DNA of 56,132 nt from a virus (lineage: Duplodnaviria; Caudoviricetes), in IMG/VR virus record IMGVR_UViG_3300013131_000051, positions 1 through 56,132 of that record; one strand, given 5' to 3'. This document shows, piece after piece, positions 38,238 through 47,190 of this stretch; the first letter of the stretch is position 1, and each line of letters starts with the position of its first letter. The notes under the pieces are model-generated. The model saw nothing but the letters and a program-made list of their open reading frames with translations. It was not told the origin of the DNA and did not search any database. A program made the translations under genes and the position numbers.

Positions 38238-39019
38238 TGAGTATTGAAATTATAAATGAAGATTGCCTTATTGGTTTAAAAAAAATAAATGAAGTCTGTG
38301 TTGATTTGACATGGACTTCACCACCATATTACAACGCTAAATCATATAGTGAATGGAACACATATCAAGACTATCTTGATTTCTTGGAAAATGTTTTTTC
38401 TGAGATTTATAGAATAACTAAAGAGGGTAGGATGTGTGTTGTTAATTTATCCCCTGTTATAGTACAAAGAGAGTCGAGGGCACACGAAAGTAAAAGATTA
38501 GCAATTCCTTTTCATTTTTTTAGTATAATGGAAAAAATGGGTTGGAAATATATTGATGATATAGTATGGGTAAAACCTGAAGGCGCAGCAATAAATAGAA
38601 ACGGAGGATTTTTTCAACACAGAAAACCCGTTGCCTATAAACCTAATTTAGTCTCAGAAACGATATTAGTTTTTCAAAAACCGGCTAAATTTTTAATAGA
38701 TAAAATTGTTAGGTCCTATAAAGATGAAGCACTTGAAAAATCGTTAGTACTTGAAGAATATGAAAGAAGTAATGTATGGTTAATAAATCCTGAAACTAAA
38801 TCTAAACACTTAGCACCTTACCCTGAAAAACTTTCGGATAATATAATTAAATATTATTCATTTTATGGTGATTTAATTTTAGATCCGTTTTTAGGGTCAG
38901 GTACAACACTTATTTCATGTAAAAAATACGGTAGAAATGGTATTGGTTTTGAAATACATGAAGAATATGTAGATATGACTAAAACAAGATTAGATAATCT
39001 TGAAAAAAAATCAAAATAA
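38237..39019 (+). CDS. Beta-class N4-cytosine/N6-adenine DNA methyltransferase
   Basis: TSPPY (motif IV) precedes LDPFLGSGTT (motif I); TGATG overlap with the HNH gene. Confidence 0.9.
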   Translation: MSIEIINEDCLIGLKKINEVCVDLTWTSPPYYNAKSYSEWNTYQDYLDFLENVFSEIYRITKEGRMCVVNLSPVIVQRESRAHESKRLAIPFHFFSIMEKMGWKYIDDIVWVKPEGAAINRNGGFFQHRKPVAYKPNLVSETILVFQKPAKFLIDKIVRSYKDEALEKSLVLEEYERSNVWLINPETKSKHLAPYPEKLSDNIIKYYSFYGDLILDPFLGSGTTLISCKKYGRNGIGFEIHEEYVDMTKTRLDNLEKKSK

Positions 39020-39053
39020 TTTGAATCAAAATTGAATTTTATTCTTATATTTG
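39020..39053 (+). promoter_or_regulatory. Bacteroidota-type promoter TTTG...TATATTTG
   Basis: Matches the -33 TTTG / -7 TAnnTTTG consensus, upstream of 39076 and the sigma gene. Confidence 0.5.
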
Positions 39054-39075
39054 TAGAACAATTAAAAACACACAC

Positions 39076-39603
39076 ATGAATTACTTACTTTTCGTTTATT
39101 ACGCCGACACGGTTGAAAACTCAGAAACATCAACAAATGAAATTGCAAGTCGAATTGCAGAACAAATGACATCCAAAGAAGCGAAGTTTATGTTTGGAGA
39201 CAAACACGCAATATTTCACTTCGCATCAGACATGCCAATTGATGAAATGGCAGGATGGATTGATATTATCAACGACGAACTTAATTGTTTTGAATATTTC
39301 TTGACCCCCAAGCCAAGAAGTTCGGCATCCAACATGCCAAAAGACAACCTTGAGCACTTGTTGTCGTTAAAGAAAACCAAACCAAAAAACAAGCCAACAC
39401 CACCAAGAATCAATTATGAATTCAAAGAATCAAAAGATGGTAAAAATTTTATGGACTTATCAGATCTCATTATGAAACTAAAAAAACCACAGGTCTGCAA
39501 CATGACGCTTGACGAATTACTTGATAAAATCAGTTTTCAAGGAATGGAGTCGCTTACAGAGATCGAAAAAGAAAAGTTACAAGAGTATTCAAAATCAATC
39601 TAA
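39076..39603 (+). CDS. Hypothetical protein with C-terminal DUF6576-like motif
   Basis: C-terminal LDELLDKISFQGMESLTEIEKEKL. Confidence 0.55.
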   Translation: MNYLLFVYYADTVENSETSTNEIASRIAEQMTSKEAKFMFGDKHAIFHFASDMPIDEMAGWIDIINDELNCFEYFLTPKPRSSASNMPKDNLEHLLSLKKTKPKNKPTPPRINYEFKESKDGKNFMDLSDLIMKLKKPQVCNMTLDELLDKISFQGMESLTEIEKEKLQEYSKSI

Positions 39604-39612
39604 TTATAATAT

Positions 39613-40413
39613 ATGAAAGACAAAAACACGGTAGCTCACATAAATCAAGAGGAAATACAACATTACCTGAAAGATATTCGAAAAATCAAGGTAATGACCG
39701 TAGAAAGAGAAAAAGAATTGGCAAAAAAAATGAAGTCAGAAGAAACGCCCACTTCTGAACGAAGACGAATTGAGCAAGAGCTCATCGAAGGAAATCTTCG
39801 TTTTGTAATCACGGTGGCAAAACAATATCAAAATCAAGGACTTGATTTGTCTGATTTGATTGCTGAAGGAAATCTTGGACTTATGAAGGCAATCAAAAAC
39901 TTTGATTGGGAAAAAGACTTACGATTTATTTCTTATGGTGTTTGGTGGATTAAACAATCGATTATTCAGTCTTTAAATGATAACGCAAGAACAATTCGTC
40001 TACCAGTAAATGTGGTGCAGGACCTACAAAGGGCAAAAAAAGAGGTTGAACAGTCAGGAAAAAAACTTGACGACAAGTTCTCAACATTACCTTCAATAAT
40101 CGATCTTGACATGAATATCAATGAAGAAGGCGATACCCTGTTAGATATGATTGAAAATAAAAATGCCGTTTTGCCTGACGCATTTTTTAATACCCAAGAT
40201 ATTCTTAAAGATAAGTTGATGACTCTTTTAGATGTGTTAGACACTCGCGAAAAAGTTATTGTTGGTGATTATTTTGGTTTAACGGGAACACCACGAACTT
40301 TAGAAGATATTGGAAGTGATTTTGGTTTAACAAAAGAACGAGTTCGTCAGATCAAAGAAAAGGCTCTTCGTCGACTACGAAATGATTCTTCTGAATTATT
40401 TGACTATTTATAA
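39613..40413 (+). CDS. RNA polymerase sigma-70 family factor (RpoD/RpoS-like)
   Basis: YLKDI, GNLRFVITVAKQY, DLIAEGNLGL, YGVWWIKQSI, RTIRLP, and region 4 TLEDIG...LTKERVRQIKEKAL. Confidence 0.93.
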   Translation: MKDKNTVAHINQEEIQHYLKDIRKIKVMTVEREKELAKKMKSEETPTSERRRIEQELIEGNLRFVITVAKQYQNQGLDLSDLIAEGNLGLMKAIKNFDWEKDLRFISYGVWWIKQSIIQSLNDNARTIRLPVNVVQDLQRAKKEVEQSGKKLDDKFSTLPSIIDLDMNINEEGDTLLDMIENKNAVLPDAFFNTQDILKDKLMTLLDVLDTREKVIVGDYFGLTGTPRTLEDIGSDFGLTKERVRQIKEKALRRLRNDSSELFDYL

Positions 40414-40434
40414 AATAATTTTTTTCATTAATAG

Positions 40435-40472
40435 TAAACCCCCATTTATAATGATTGGGGGTTTATATTTTT
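40435..40472 (+). terminator. Hairpin terminator after the sigma gene
   Basis: aaaccccca-N11-tgggggttt followed by a T-rich tail. Confidence 0.65.
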
Positions 40473-40516
40473 ATATGATTTTGTTATTTTAATATTTATA
40501 TATAAAAACAAACTGA

Positions 40517-41734
40517 ATGAACAATAAATTATTATCATGGTTATTACTATTTTGTGCTCTTGGACTTTCATCTACAGCGGCATACTATAGTGTTTACGGA
40601 CTCTCGATTATTTTCTCTGATGTTGCAATTCCTGTTATTATTATGGGTTCTTTTTTGGAAGTTTCTAAAATTGCAATCGCAACTTATCTTCACGATAGTT
40701 GGAAAAAAACATACGGTATTTTAAAGATTTATTTAACAACCGCCATTTTGGTATTATCAATTTTGACCTCAATTGGTATATATGGTTTGTTAGCAACAGG
40801 GTTTCAAAAAAGTATTGCAGGACTCGAAATCAACAACAAAAAAATCAATAATATTGAGGTAAAAAAAGAAAGATTCGAAAAAATAAAAGAAGAACACCAA
40901 AAAGAAAAAAAAGTTTTGGATTCAGATATTACCAATTTAAGAAACGCCCTTTCAACAAACACAACAACACAAACCATTGATAGAAAATCAGGACAAGTAA
41001 TTACAAGAGCAAATACTGGAAACAGAAATGCGTTCGAAAAACAATTAAAAATCGCGCAACAAAGTAGAGACGCACTTTCATCTAAAATTGATGCAATAAA
41101 TGATAGTATTACAAATTTAGACATTCTTATTTTAGATATAACATCAAAGGAAATTGAAACAGGTGAGTTGGGAGCAATAAAATATTTAAGTGAAATAACT
41201 GGATGGGATATTAAAAAAACCGCAAACTTTTTTATTTTAACTTTAATTTTTGTTTTCGATCCTTTAGCAATTGCTTTGGTTATTGCAACAAACCAATCAT
41301 TCAAAAATTATAGAAGAAGAAAAAAAGATAAAGAAGAAGAATATGAAAATATTGAAGTACCTGAAAATTATTTTTTTCCAATAGACGATTTATCAAAATC
41401 AAGTTCTGAAACGCAAAAACAACAAGAAACACAAATAAATGAAAAGATTGTTGAAGTTCCTGTGGAGGTGATTAGGGAAGTTGAAAAGATTGTTGAAGTT
41501 CCTGTGGAGGTGATTAGGGAAGTTGAAAAGATTGTTGAAGTTCCTGTTGATAAATTGGTTGAAATAGTCAGAGAGGTTCCTGTAGAAGTAATAAAAGAAG
41601 TTGAGGTTCCTTTCAAATACTATGTAAATGAGAACGGTCAAATATTTGATGACCAAGGAAACGAATTGGAAGAAAGATTATTCAATAAAAAGTTGGAGGA
41701 GATTGAAAAGAGAGTTTTAAAATATCATAAATAA
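40517..41734 (+). CDS. Multi-pass membrane protein with coiled coil and VEVPV repeats
   Basis: Three N-terminal hydrophobic helices, a long coiled coil, a fourth helix (IFVFDPLAIALV), then repeats. Confidence 0.7.
   Translation: MNNKLLSWLLLFCALGLSSTAAYYSVYGLSIIFSDVAIPVIIMGSFLEVSKIAIATYLHDSWKKTYGILKIYLTTAILVLSILTSIGIYGLLATGFQKSIAGLEINNKKINNIEVKKERFEKIKEEHQKEKKVLDSDITNLRNALSTNTTTQTIDRKSGQVITRANTGNRNAFEKQLKIAQQSRDALSSKIDAINDSITNLDILILDITSKEIETGELGAIKYLSEITGWDIKKTANFFILTLIFVFDPLAIALVIATNQSFKNYRRRKKDKEEEYENIEVPENYFFPIDDLSKSSSETQKQQETQINEKIVEVPVEVIREVEKIVEVPVEVIREVEKIVEVPVDKLVEIVREVPVEVIKEVEVPFKYYVNENGQIFDDQGNELEERLFNKKLEEIEKRVLKYHK
41441..41547 (+). repeat. Perfect 42-bp tandem repeat (about 2.5 copies) encoding EKIVEVPVEVIREV
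   Basis: gaaaagattgttgaagttcctgtggaggtgattagggaagtt twice plus a partial copy; degenerate copies continue to about 41610. Confidence 0.9.
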
Positions 41735-41737
41735 TGT

Positions 41738-42331
41738 ATGAAAATAATTGAAAATTTAATCCAAACAAATTTTAAAAAAGAAGACAAAAAAAATCAGATA
41801 GTTTTATGTCACACCTCTAGAACTCTTTTTGATTATATGATTTCTATAAAATTTAGATTTGGTGGCAGACCAATAAAATTACCACATTATATTATTTCGA
41901 GAGAAGGTAAAATTATTAAGTTAATTGATGATTATTTGAACGGAAATTTTTCTAATAATAATAAAATTAATTCGAAATCAATATTTGTTTGTTTAGAAAA
42001 TTTAGGTTGGTTAGAAAAAGAACCATTAAAACATTATCACATTAACTGGATTGGTAATATTTATAAAGAGAAAGTTTATGATCGTAAATGGAGAGATTAT
42101 TTTTTTTGGCATCCGTACACTGAAATTCAAGTAAATAAAACCGCTGAATTGTGTATTAATTTAACAAAAAAATATAATTTTTCGAAAAACTTCATAGGAC
42201 ATAATACAAAAGTTAAAGGTATTGAGTCTTATGATGGTATATTTAGTAGATCAAACTTCGATGAATTTGCAACGGATTTAAGTCCGGCATTTAATTGTGA
42301 AAAATTTAAAAAACTATTAGAAAATGAATAA
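41738..42331 (+). CDS. N-acetylmuramoyl-L-alanine amidase (Amidase_2-like), probable endolysin
   Basis: IVLCHT, HYIISREGKI, SIFVCLEN, YTEIQ, IGHN and DLSP motifs. Confidence 0.75.
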   Translation: MKIIENLIQTNFKKEDKKNQIVLCHTSRTLFDYMISIKFRFGGRPIKLPHYIISREGKIIKLIDDYLNGNFSNNNKINSKSIFVCLENLGWLEKEPLKHYHINWIGNIYKEKVYDRKWRDYFFWHPYTEIQVNKTAELCINLTKKYNFSKNFIGHNTKVKGIESYDGIFSRSNFDEFATDLSPAFNCEKFKKLLENE

Positions 42332-42911
42332 TTTTGAAGAAATAAAGAGTTTAATCAAGAGATCTAAAGTAATTCTCAATAAAGAACTCAACGAAGATGT
42401 GAGTAATATCAAAAAACAATATGGTATTTTAAGTGAGGCAATTTCAGAAAAAAATAAAATCGATGATTCAGATGGGCCTTTATTAGATAAAGAAAAAAAA
42501 GATTCTGACGAAATTGGGGTTCAAAAAGATAAACAAAAAACATACAGAATTTTGGGTAATCTGATAGTTTTACACGGTAAAAAAGAATCCGACTTACAAA
42601 TTACAACAGACGAAAAAAATGCTTTTACTTCAAGCGTGGATGAGTTTAGAACGGATGTTGCAGAACTTGTTGAATTTGGTAAATTGAATGTTTTCAGTGA
42701 AAATGTCGAATGGACGGGAAAATTATTAGAAAGTAATTTGGAGTTTTTTTATACAGTAAATGAATCCGACGGAATTTATATAAATGGCCAAATGATTAAA
42801 ATCGATCAAAATTATTTATTAACTATATCGAAGTTACAATCTTATTACCAAAAATTCAAAAATAAATGGAGTAAAATTGTTGCTTCAAGACAAGAAGATA
42901 CCGAAAAATGA
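42324..42911 (+). CDS. Hypothetical protein
   Basis: 195 aa, overlap-coupled to neighbours. Confidence 0.55.
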   Translation: MNNFEEIKSLIKRSKVILNKELNEDVSNIKKQYGILSEAISEKNKIDDSDGPLLDKEKKDSDEIGVQKDKQKTYRILGNLIVLHGKKESDLQITTDEKNAFTSSVDEFRTDVAELVEFGKLNVFSENVEWTGKLLESNLEFFYTVNESDGIYINGQMIKIDQNYLLTISKLQSYYQKFKNKWSKIVASRQEDTEK

Positions 42912-43261
42912 AAAAATTTTTTACATATAATTGGAAAACGATCACTCTTACAATACTAGGAGTGATATTCGTTTATCTATTAGTTAGAACTTTGACTCCA
43001 GTTCCAGTTCCATCTGAACTCAATAAATATAAATTAGAACAGATTGATAAAAAAATCAAAGACATCGAAAAATTACAAAAAGAAATAAACGACTCAATTA
43101 TATCATACCAAAAACAAATCAAAGGTATTGATACAAAAATTTCTAACATTAAAATTGAAAGAAGTCAAATAAACAATTACTACACGATTAAAGAGGAAGA
43201 GATTAAAAATGCTGATATAAAAAAAATCGATAGTTTATTAAGAAAAAGATATAATTTTTAA
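42908..43261 (+). CDS. Membrane-anchored coiled-coil protein (possible spanin component)
   Basis: N-terminal TM helix plus coiled coil, near the amidase. Confidence 0.45.
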   Translation: MKKFFTYNWKTITLTILGVIFVYLLVRTLTPVPVPSELNKYKLEQIDKKIKDIEKLQKEINDSIISYQKQIKGIDTKISNIKIERSQINNYYTIKEEEIKNADIKKIDSLLRKRYNF

Positions 43262-43262
43262 T

Positions 43263-43682
43263 ATGAAACAAAAAATAACATTTATTATTTTTTTTGTGGT
43301 ATTTTTTACTTTAGGACAGACAAGTAAAAACAAAACCATAGATACTAATCAAATTTGTATGCCATATTCTGTGGCACAAAAAATCTTGTTGGATTTAAAC
43401 AACTATGATAAGTTAAAAGAAACAATACCTACTTATCAAAATGAAATTTACCAATTAAATAAAAAAACAGAATTGCTTGTTAAAGAAAATGAGGCTTGGA
43501 AAAAAGAAGATGATCTGAACAGACAAATTATTTCAGAAAAAAACGAGTCAATAAAAATATACAAGTCAGAAAATGAAGATTTAAAAAAAGAAAACAAAAG
43601 ACTTAAAACTAAAAATACAGTATTTAATATTATAGCAGGTATTATAATAACACCATTAACGTATGCTTTGATTTTAAAATAA
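43263..43682 (+). CDS. Signal/TM coiled-coil protein with C-terminal hydrophobic tail (possible spanin component)
   Basis: Hydrophobic N- and C-termini flank a coiled coil. Confidence 0.45.
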   Translation: MKQKITFIIFFVVFFTLGQTSKNKTIDTNQICMPYSVAQKILLDLNNYDKLKETIPTYQNEIYQLNKKTELLVKENEAWKKEDDLNRQIISEKNESIKIYKSENEDLKKENKRLKTKNTVFNIIAGIIITPLTYALILK

Positions 43683-43927
43683 TGGCACTTACTTCCTCAG
43701 AAAAAAAAGAATTGGAAATTATGATGAGAAAAGAAATCAAAGACTTTTTTGATTCTAACACTGCTAAACAATTTGAGGAAAAACTTATCAATAAAATTTC
43801 GAAAGAAATTGAAAAAGGAGAATTAAAAAAAAATGTTAAAGAAATAGTAATAAAATCTTTTCAAGAATATTTCGCAACAATGTATCAACAAAGATATTTT
43901 TGGGAGTCTAAATTTAGAAATGCATAG
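43682..43927 (+). CDS. Hypothetical protein
   Basis: 81 aa, TAATG coupling. Confidence 0.55.
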   Translation: MALTSSEKKELEIMMRKEIKDFFDSNTAKQFEEKLINKISKEIEKGELKKNVKEIVIKSFQEYFATMYQQRYFWESKFRNA

Positions 43928-44664
43928 TGGAAGATTATTTAAGTAAACTTAAAAAAAAAGTAGGTGAAGGATTGACTAGTAATACAGATGCAAAACTTGA
44001 CGCCATTAAATTAATAAATAAAACCTCATCTGAGTTGAAAGAAGAAAATCATTTTTTAAATTATCTGAAAAACAAAGAAGATTTGAAAACAATCTATAGT
44101 TTAGTAAGGAACAAAAAAATGTCAAATAACGAAATAAGAAAAAAAATAAAAGAATATTTAAAAGATCCTGAGGACTTAAAACAATTTTTAGAATCGATTC
44201 TGAATTTAAATAAAGCTAAGAAAAAAGAAGAAAACAAAGAAGCCACTGGGGCGGCTTCAGCAGGTGGTTATACAATGCCATTTCTTTCATCGGAATCAGA
44301 AAAAACAATTACCAAAGGAGATTTAGTTAAAACAGTTAGAGAACAAACAGAGCAGAAAATAGAAACTAAAGAGGCCACAACCTCATCTTCATCGGGTCAA
44401 TATAATCAACCGGCTATTTGGGCAAAATCTATGAGTAAAAAACATTGGAAAGGTGCCTCAACAAAATATATGCCGGGGGCAAAAAGAGTCCAAGTTAAAA
44501 AACAGTGTAAAAAATTCCCATACTGCAATCAAGGAGATATAAAAGCCCTTAACATATTCGAAAACGAGTCTGTCCAAAACGCAATTGACAGTGTCTCGAG
44601 TAATTATGGGATTGATAAAAACTTTATTTCAAAAATTGTTTTTGAACAAATCAGAAAAAGATAA
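43927..44664 (+). CDS. Hypothetical protein (possible head-associated)
   Basis: Repeated EAT.....G.Y..P motif (EATGAASAGGY, EATTSSSSGQY) and CKKFPYC. Confidence 0.5.
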   Translation: MEDYLSKLKKKVGEGLTSNTDAKLDAIKLINKTSSELKEENHFLNYLKNKEDLKTIYSLVRNKKMSNNEIRKKIKEYLKDPEDLKQFLESILNLNKAKKKEENKEATGAASAGGYTMPFLSSESEKTITKGDLVKTVREQTEQKIETKEATTSSSSGQYNQPAIWAKSMSKKHWKGASTKYMPGAKRVQVKKQCKKFPYCNQGDIKALNIFENESVQNAIDSVSSNYGIDKNFISKIVFEQIRKR

Positions 44665-44695
44665 AAATAAAGATATTTATAAAGAAAAATAAAAA

Positions 44696-46237
44696 ATGAA
44701 TACATACCAATATATTAAATCAAGATTTCAAAAAGTTTTAAATGAAAGTTTAAATGAAAAAGCAAACTCAATTTTAAATAAATTAAATTATGACGATGAA
44801 ACCCCTTTTCATCCTGCGGGCGGTTCTTTTGATTATGTACAAGAGGGAAAATCGATGTGTGAGCAATGTGGTGGTGTAATGAAAGAAGGTGAATGTTCTG
44901 AGTGTGGATATAACAACGAAGGAGTTGAAATTATGGAACTTGGAGGTATGGATGATGGACACCCAAGATTTGGTAATAAAAACTTTGCTAAAATGTCAAG
45001 AAGAGAAAAAGAAGATCTTATGTCAGACAGGAGTTATGAATATAGTGATGATAAAGAAGATTTCATTGATGATTTTGATGATGAAGATGATTTTAGGTTT
45101 AATGCGCCATCATCGGATTACGATTTCGAGGAAGATGAAGATGATTTTAGGTTTAATGCACCATTACCTGATGACATGCCATTACATAAAACAAAATATA
45201 GATATAGTGATGATGAAGAAATAACAGAAAAACTTCATGGTAAACAACATAGATTAGACAAAAATAAAAATGGTAGACTCGATTCAGAAGATTTCAGAAT
45301 GTTAAGAAGACAACAAGATGAAGAACAACTTTATGAAGTTAAGTTCGAAAAAGAAGTTGAAGAAGGGAATAAGTTTGCAAATGAAGTAAATAAAGCCAAA
45401 TTAGCAGGTAAAAAAACATTTAAATTCGACGGAAAAACATTTCCTGTGAAAGAATCCTATATCACTGAAAAAAGAAAAGAAATCGCAAATAGTAAGAGTT
45501 TCGAAAGTTTAATTTTTTCCGAAAATGAATTAATAAGTTTTATTGAAAATTTAGTTAACGAAGAAAAAAAGTTTTCATTCAAAGAACCTAAAGGATATAA
45601 AGAATATGAAAGAGCTCATAAAGCGGATAAAAAAGAAAATGATAACTATTTAAATAGTGTTGCAAAAAAAATAACTAACTATTTGAAAGGAGTTTCGGAC
45701 AAAGGCTCAAAATGGGAAATGAAACAAACTCAAAAATTCCCAACTGAAAACGGAGGTCTGAAAAAAAATATTAGAAAAAAATATACACCTTCCGATGCGG
45801 TTAATGATTATATTGATGCATTTTCATATCCTGGTCAAACAAATTTAGTTTTTGATGAAATAAAACCTACTGAAAAAAATATTGAAAAATATTTGAAAGG
45901 TCATAGAACAACAGGAAATGCTCAAGTTGATGATGATGGGAATGCTTTAGGCAACGTCGTTCCTAGCAACGTAGGAGATAAATTCTTTCAAAATTTCAAA
46001 GATAATTTGTATGGTCAAGAGCAAATGAACGCCTCATATAAAAGACAACCACAGCCCGTTGATCAAGCGGGTGAAGAAACTGAAAGAGGATCTTTGAAAA
46101 CCAAAAGAGGTAAAAAAACCTCACAATCTGTTTTGAATAAGATCGAAGAATCGGTCAGCGAAAAACAAGTTGAAAAACTAACAGAAGAATTTTTAAAAAT
46201 ACATAAGCTAATGACTTATGATGGGAAAACTCAATAA
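44696..46237 (+). CDS. Modular acidic/basic protein, possible internal head protein
   Basis: CEQC..CSEC, EF-hand-like LDKNKNGRLDSEDF, KKTFKFDGKTFPVKE; preceded by TATTTAT. Confidence 0.5.
   Translation: MNTYQYIKSRFQKVLNESLNEKANSILNKLNYDDETPFHPAGGSFDYVQEGKSMCEQCGGVMKEGECSECGYNNEGVEIMELGGMDDGHPRFGNKNFAKMSRREKEDLMSDRSYEYSDDKEDFIDDFDDEDDFRFNAPSSDYDFEEDEDDFRFNAPLPDDMPLHKTKYRYSDDEEITEKLHGKQHRLDKNKNGRLDSEDFRMLRRQQDEEQLYEVKFEKEVEEGNKFANEVNKAKLAGKKTFKFDGKTFPVKESYITEKRKEIANSKSFESLIFSENELISFIENLVNEEKKFSFKEPKGYKEYERAHKADKKENDNYLNSVAKKITNYLKGVSDKGSKWEMKQTQKFPTENGGLKKNIRKKYTPSDAVNDYIDAFSYPGQTNLVFDEIKPTEKNIEKYLKGHRTTGNAQVDDDGNALGNVVPSNVGDKFFQNFKDNLYGQEQMNASYKRQPQPVDQAGEETERGSLKTKRGKKTSQSVLNKIEESVSEKQVEKLTEEFLKIHKLMTYDGKTQ
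45080..45159 (+). repeat. 26-bp direct repeat (54-bp period) encoding DEDDFRFNAP
   Basis: gatgaagatgattttaggtttaatgc at 45080 and 45134. Confidence 0.85.
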
Positions 46238-46265
46238 TTTACATTAAAAAATTTTCAATTATAAT
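46238..46265 (+). promoter_or_regulatory. Sigma70-type promoter TTTACA-N16-TATAAT
   Basis: Intergenic, upstream of 46285. Confidence 0.5.
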
Positions 46266-46284
46266 ATTTTCATAGTTTTAAACT

Positions 46285-46752
46285 ATGGATAATTTTTACA
46301 ATTATATTACTAAAAATGTTGATCCTGAACAAGTAGATGTTTGGTTCAGAGTTAATAACATTATACCGGAAAAGATGGATCTTTATTATGATCTATCTTA
46401 CAGTTTGTTTGTTATCATCAAATCAACATATTTAGGTGAAGATTATGAATCGAATGAAACTACCGTCAAAATGAATGAAGAAGATAATAAAAAACATTTT
46501 GATTGGTGTTGGAAACAAGTTATTGATAACTTCGAAAGAGAAAACATTTCCTTTGAAATAAAAGGTGATCATTACGAATATTTTTACTCACTCTTCAATG
46601 AAATATACTACAAACAGAATAAAGATGAGTTGAGAAATTCTATTGATATTTTTTTTAATGATCTGTTTAACCGTGAAAAACCTTTCACACAAGTAGATTT
46701 AGATTTAATATTAAACATTTACAAATCTCTCGATAAAAATCTCAAAAACTAA
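46285..46752 (+). CDS. Hypothetical protein
   Basis: 155 aa ORF with an upstream promoter-like motif. Confidence 0.6.
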   Translation: MDNFYNYITKNVDPEQVDVWFRVNNIIPEKMDLYYDLSYSLFVIIKSTYLGEDYESNETTVKMNEEDNKKHFDWCWKQVIDNFERENISFEIKGDHYEYFYSLFNEIYYKQNKDELRNSIDIFFNDLFNREKPFTQVDLDLILNIYKSLDKNLKN

Positions 46753-46754
46753 TC

Positions 46755-46783
46755 TTTACATTAACCCCCATCATTTTTATTAT
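46755..46783 (+). promoter_or_regulatory. Sigma70-type promoter TTTACA-N17-TATTAT
   Basis: Intergenic, upstream of the Hc1-like gene. Confidence 0.5.
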
Positions 46784-46817
46784 TTATTTTAATAAACAAC
46801 AATTTTTTATTTTTAAA

Positions 46818-46988
46818 ATGGAAACTATAGAAAAAATTAAAGAACTAACTGAACAACTAAGTGTTGATGTTAACAAATTTTTCAGCGGAAACAAAAGTGC
46901 TGGAACAAGAGCAAGAAAAACCTCACAGGATTTAAAATCACTTTTACAACAATTAAGAGGTGAAATTTTAGAAGAAAAGAAAAAGTAA
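46818..46988 (+). CDS. Histone H1-like Hc1-family protein, 56 aa (not in ORF track)
   Basis: METIEKIKELTEQLSVDVNKFFSGNKSAGTRARKTSQDLKSLLQQLRGEILEEKKK; GNKSAGTRARK is the Hc1 signature. Confidence 0.8.
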   Translation: METIEKIKELTEQLSVDVNKFFSGNKSAGTRARKTSQDLKSLLQQLRGEILEEKKK

Positions 46989-46989
46989 T

Positions 46990-47184
46990 ATGGAAGTATT
47001 TGATATTTTGACTTTATTTATTTTCGTTTTGTCTATTGTCTTTATTTTGAATAGATTAATGATAATAATAAGAGAAATATCGAATGAAAATCCTAATAAA
47101 ATAATTTATGGTCAATTTGACAAAATATCTAATTACTTTTTCATTTCTTATTTGATAACCTATATTTTAACAAAATTTTTATAA
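46990..47184 (+). CDS. Small two-TM membrane protein
   Basis: Two hydrophobic segments in 64 aa. Confidence 0.55.
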   Translation: MEVFDILTLFIFVLSIVFILNRLMIIIREISNENPNKIIYGQFDKISNYFFISYLITYILTKFL

Positions 47185-47190
47185 AACAAC

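Noticed and set aside
41441-41610. 42-bp repeats as a CRISPR array
   Set aside because: The copies are contiguous with no spacers and lie in frame within a coding sequence.
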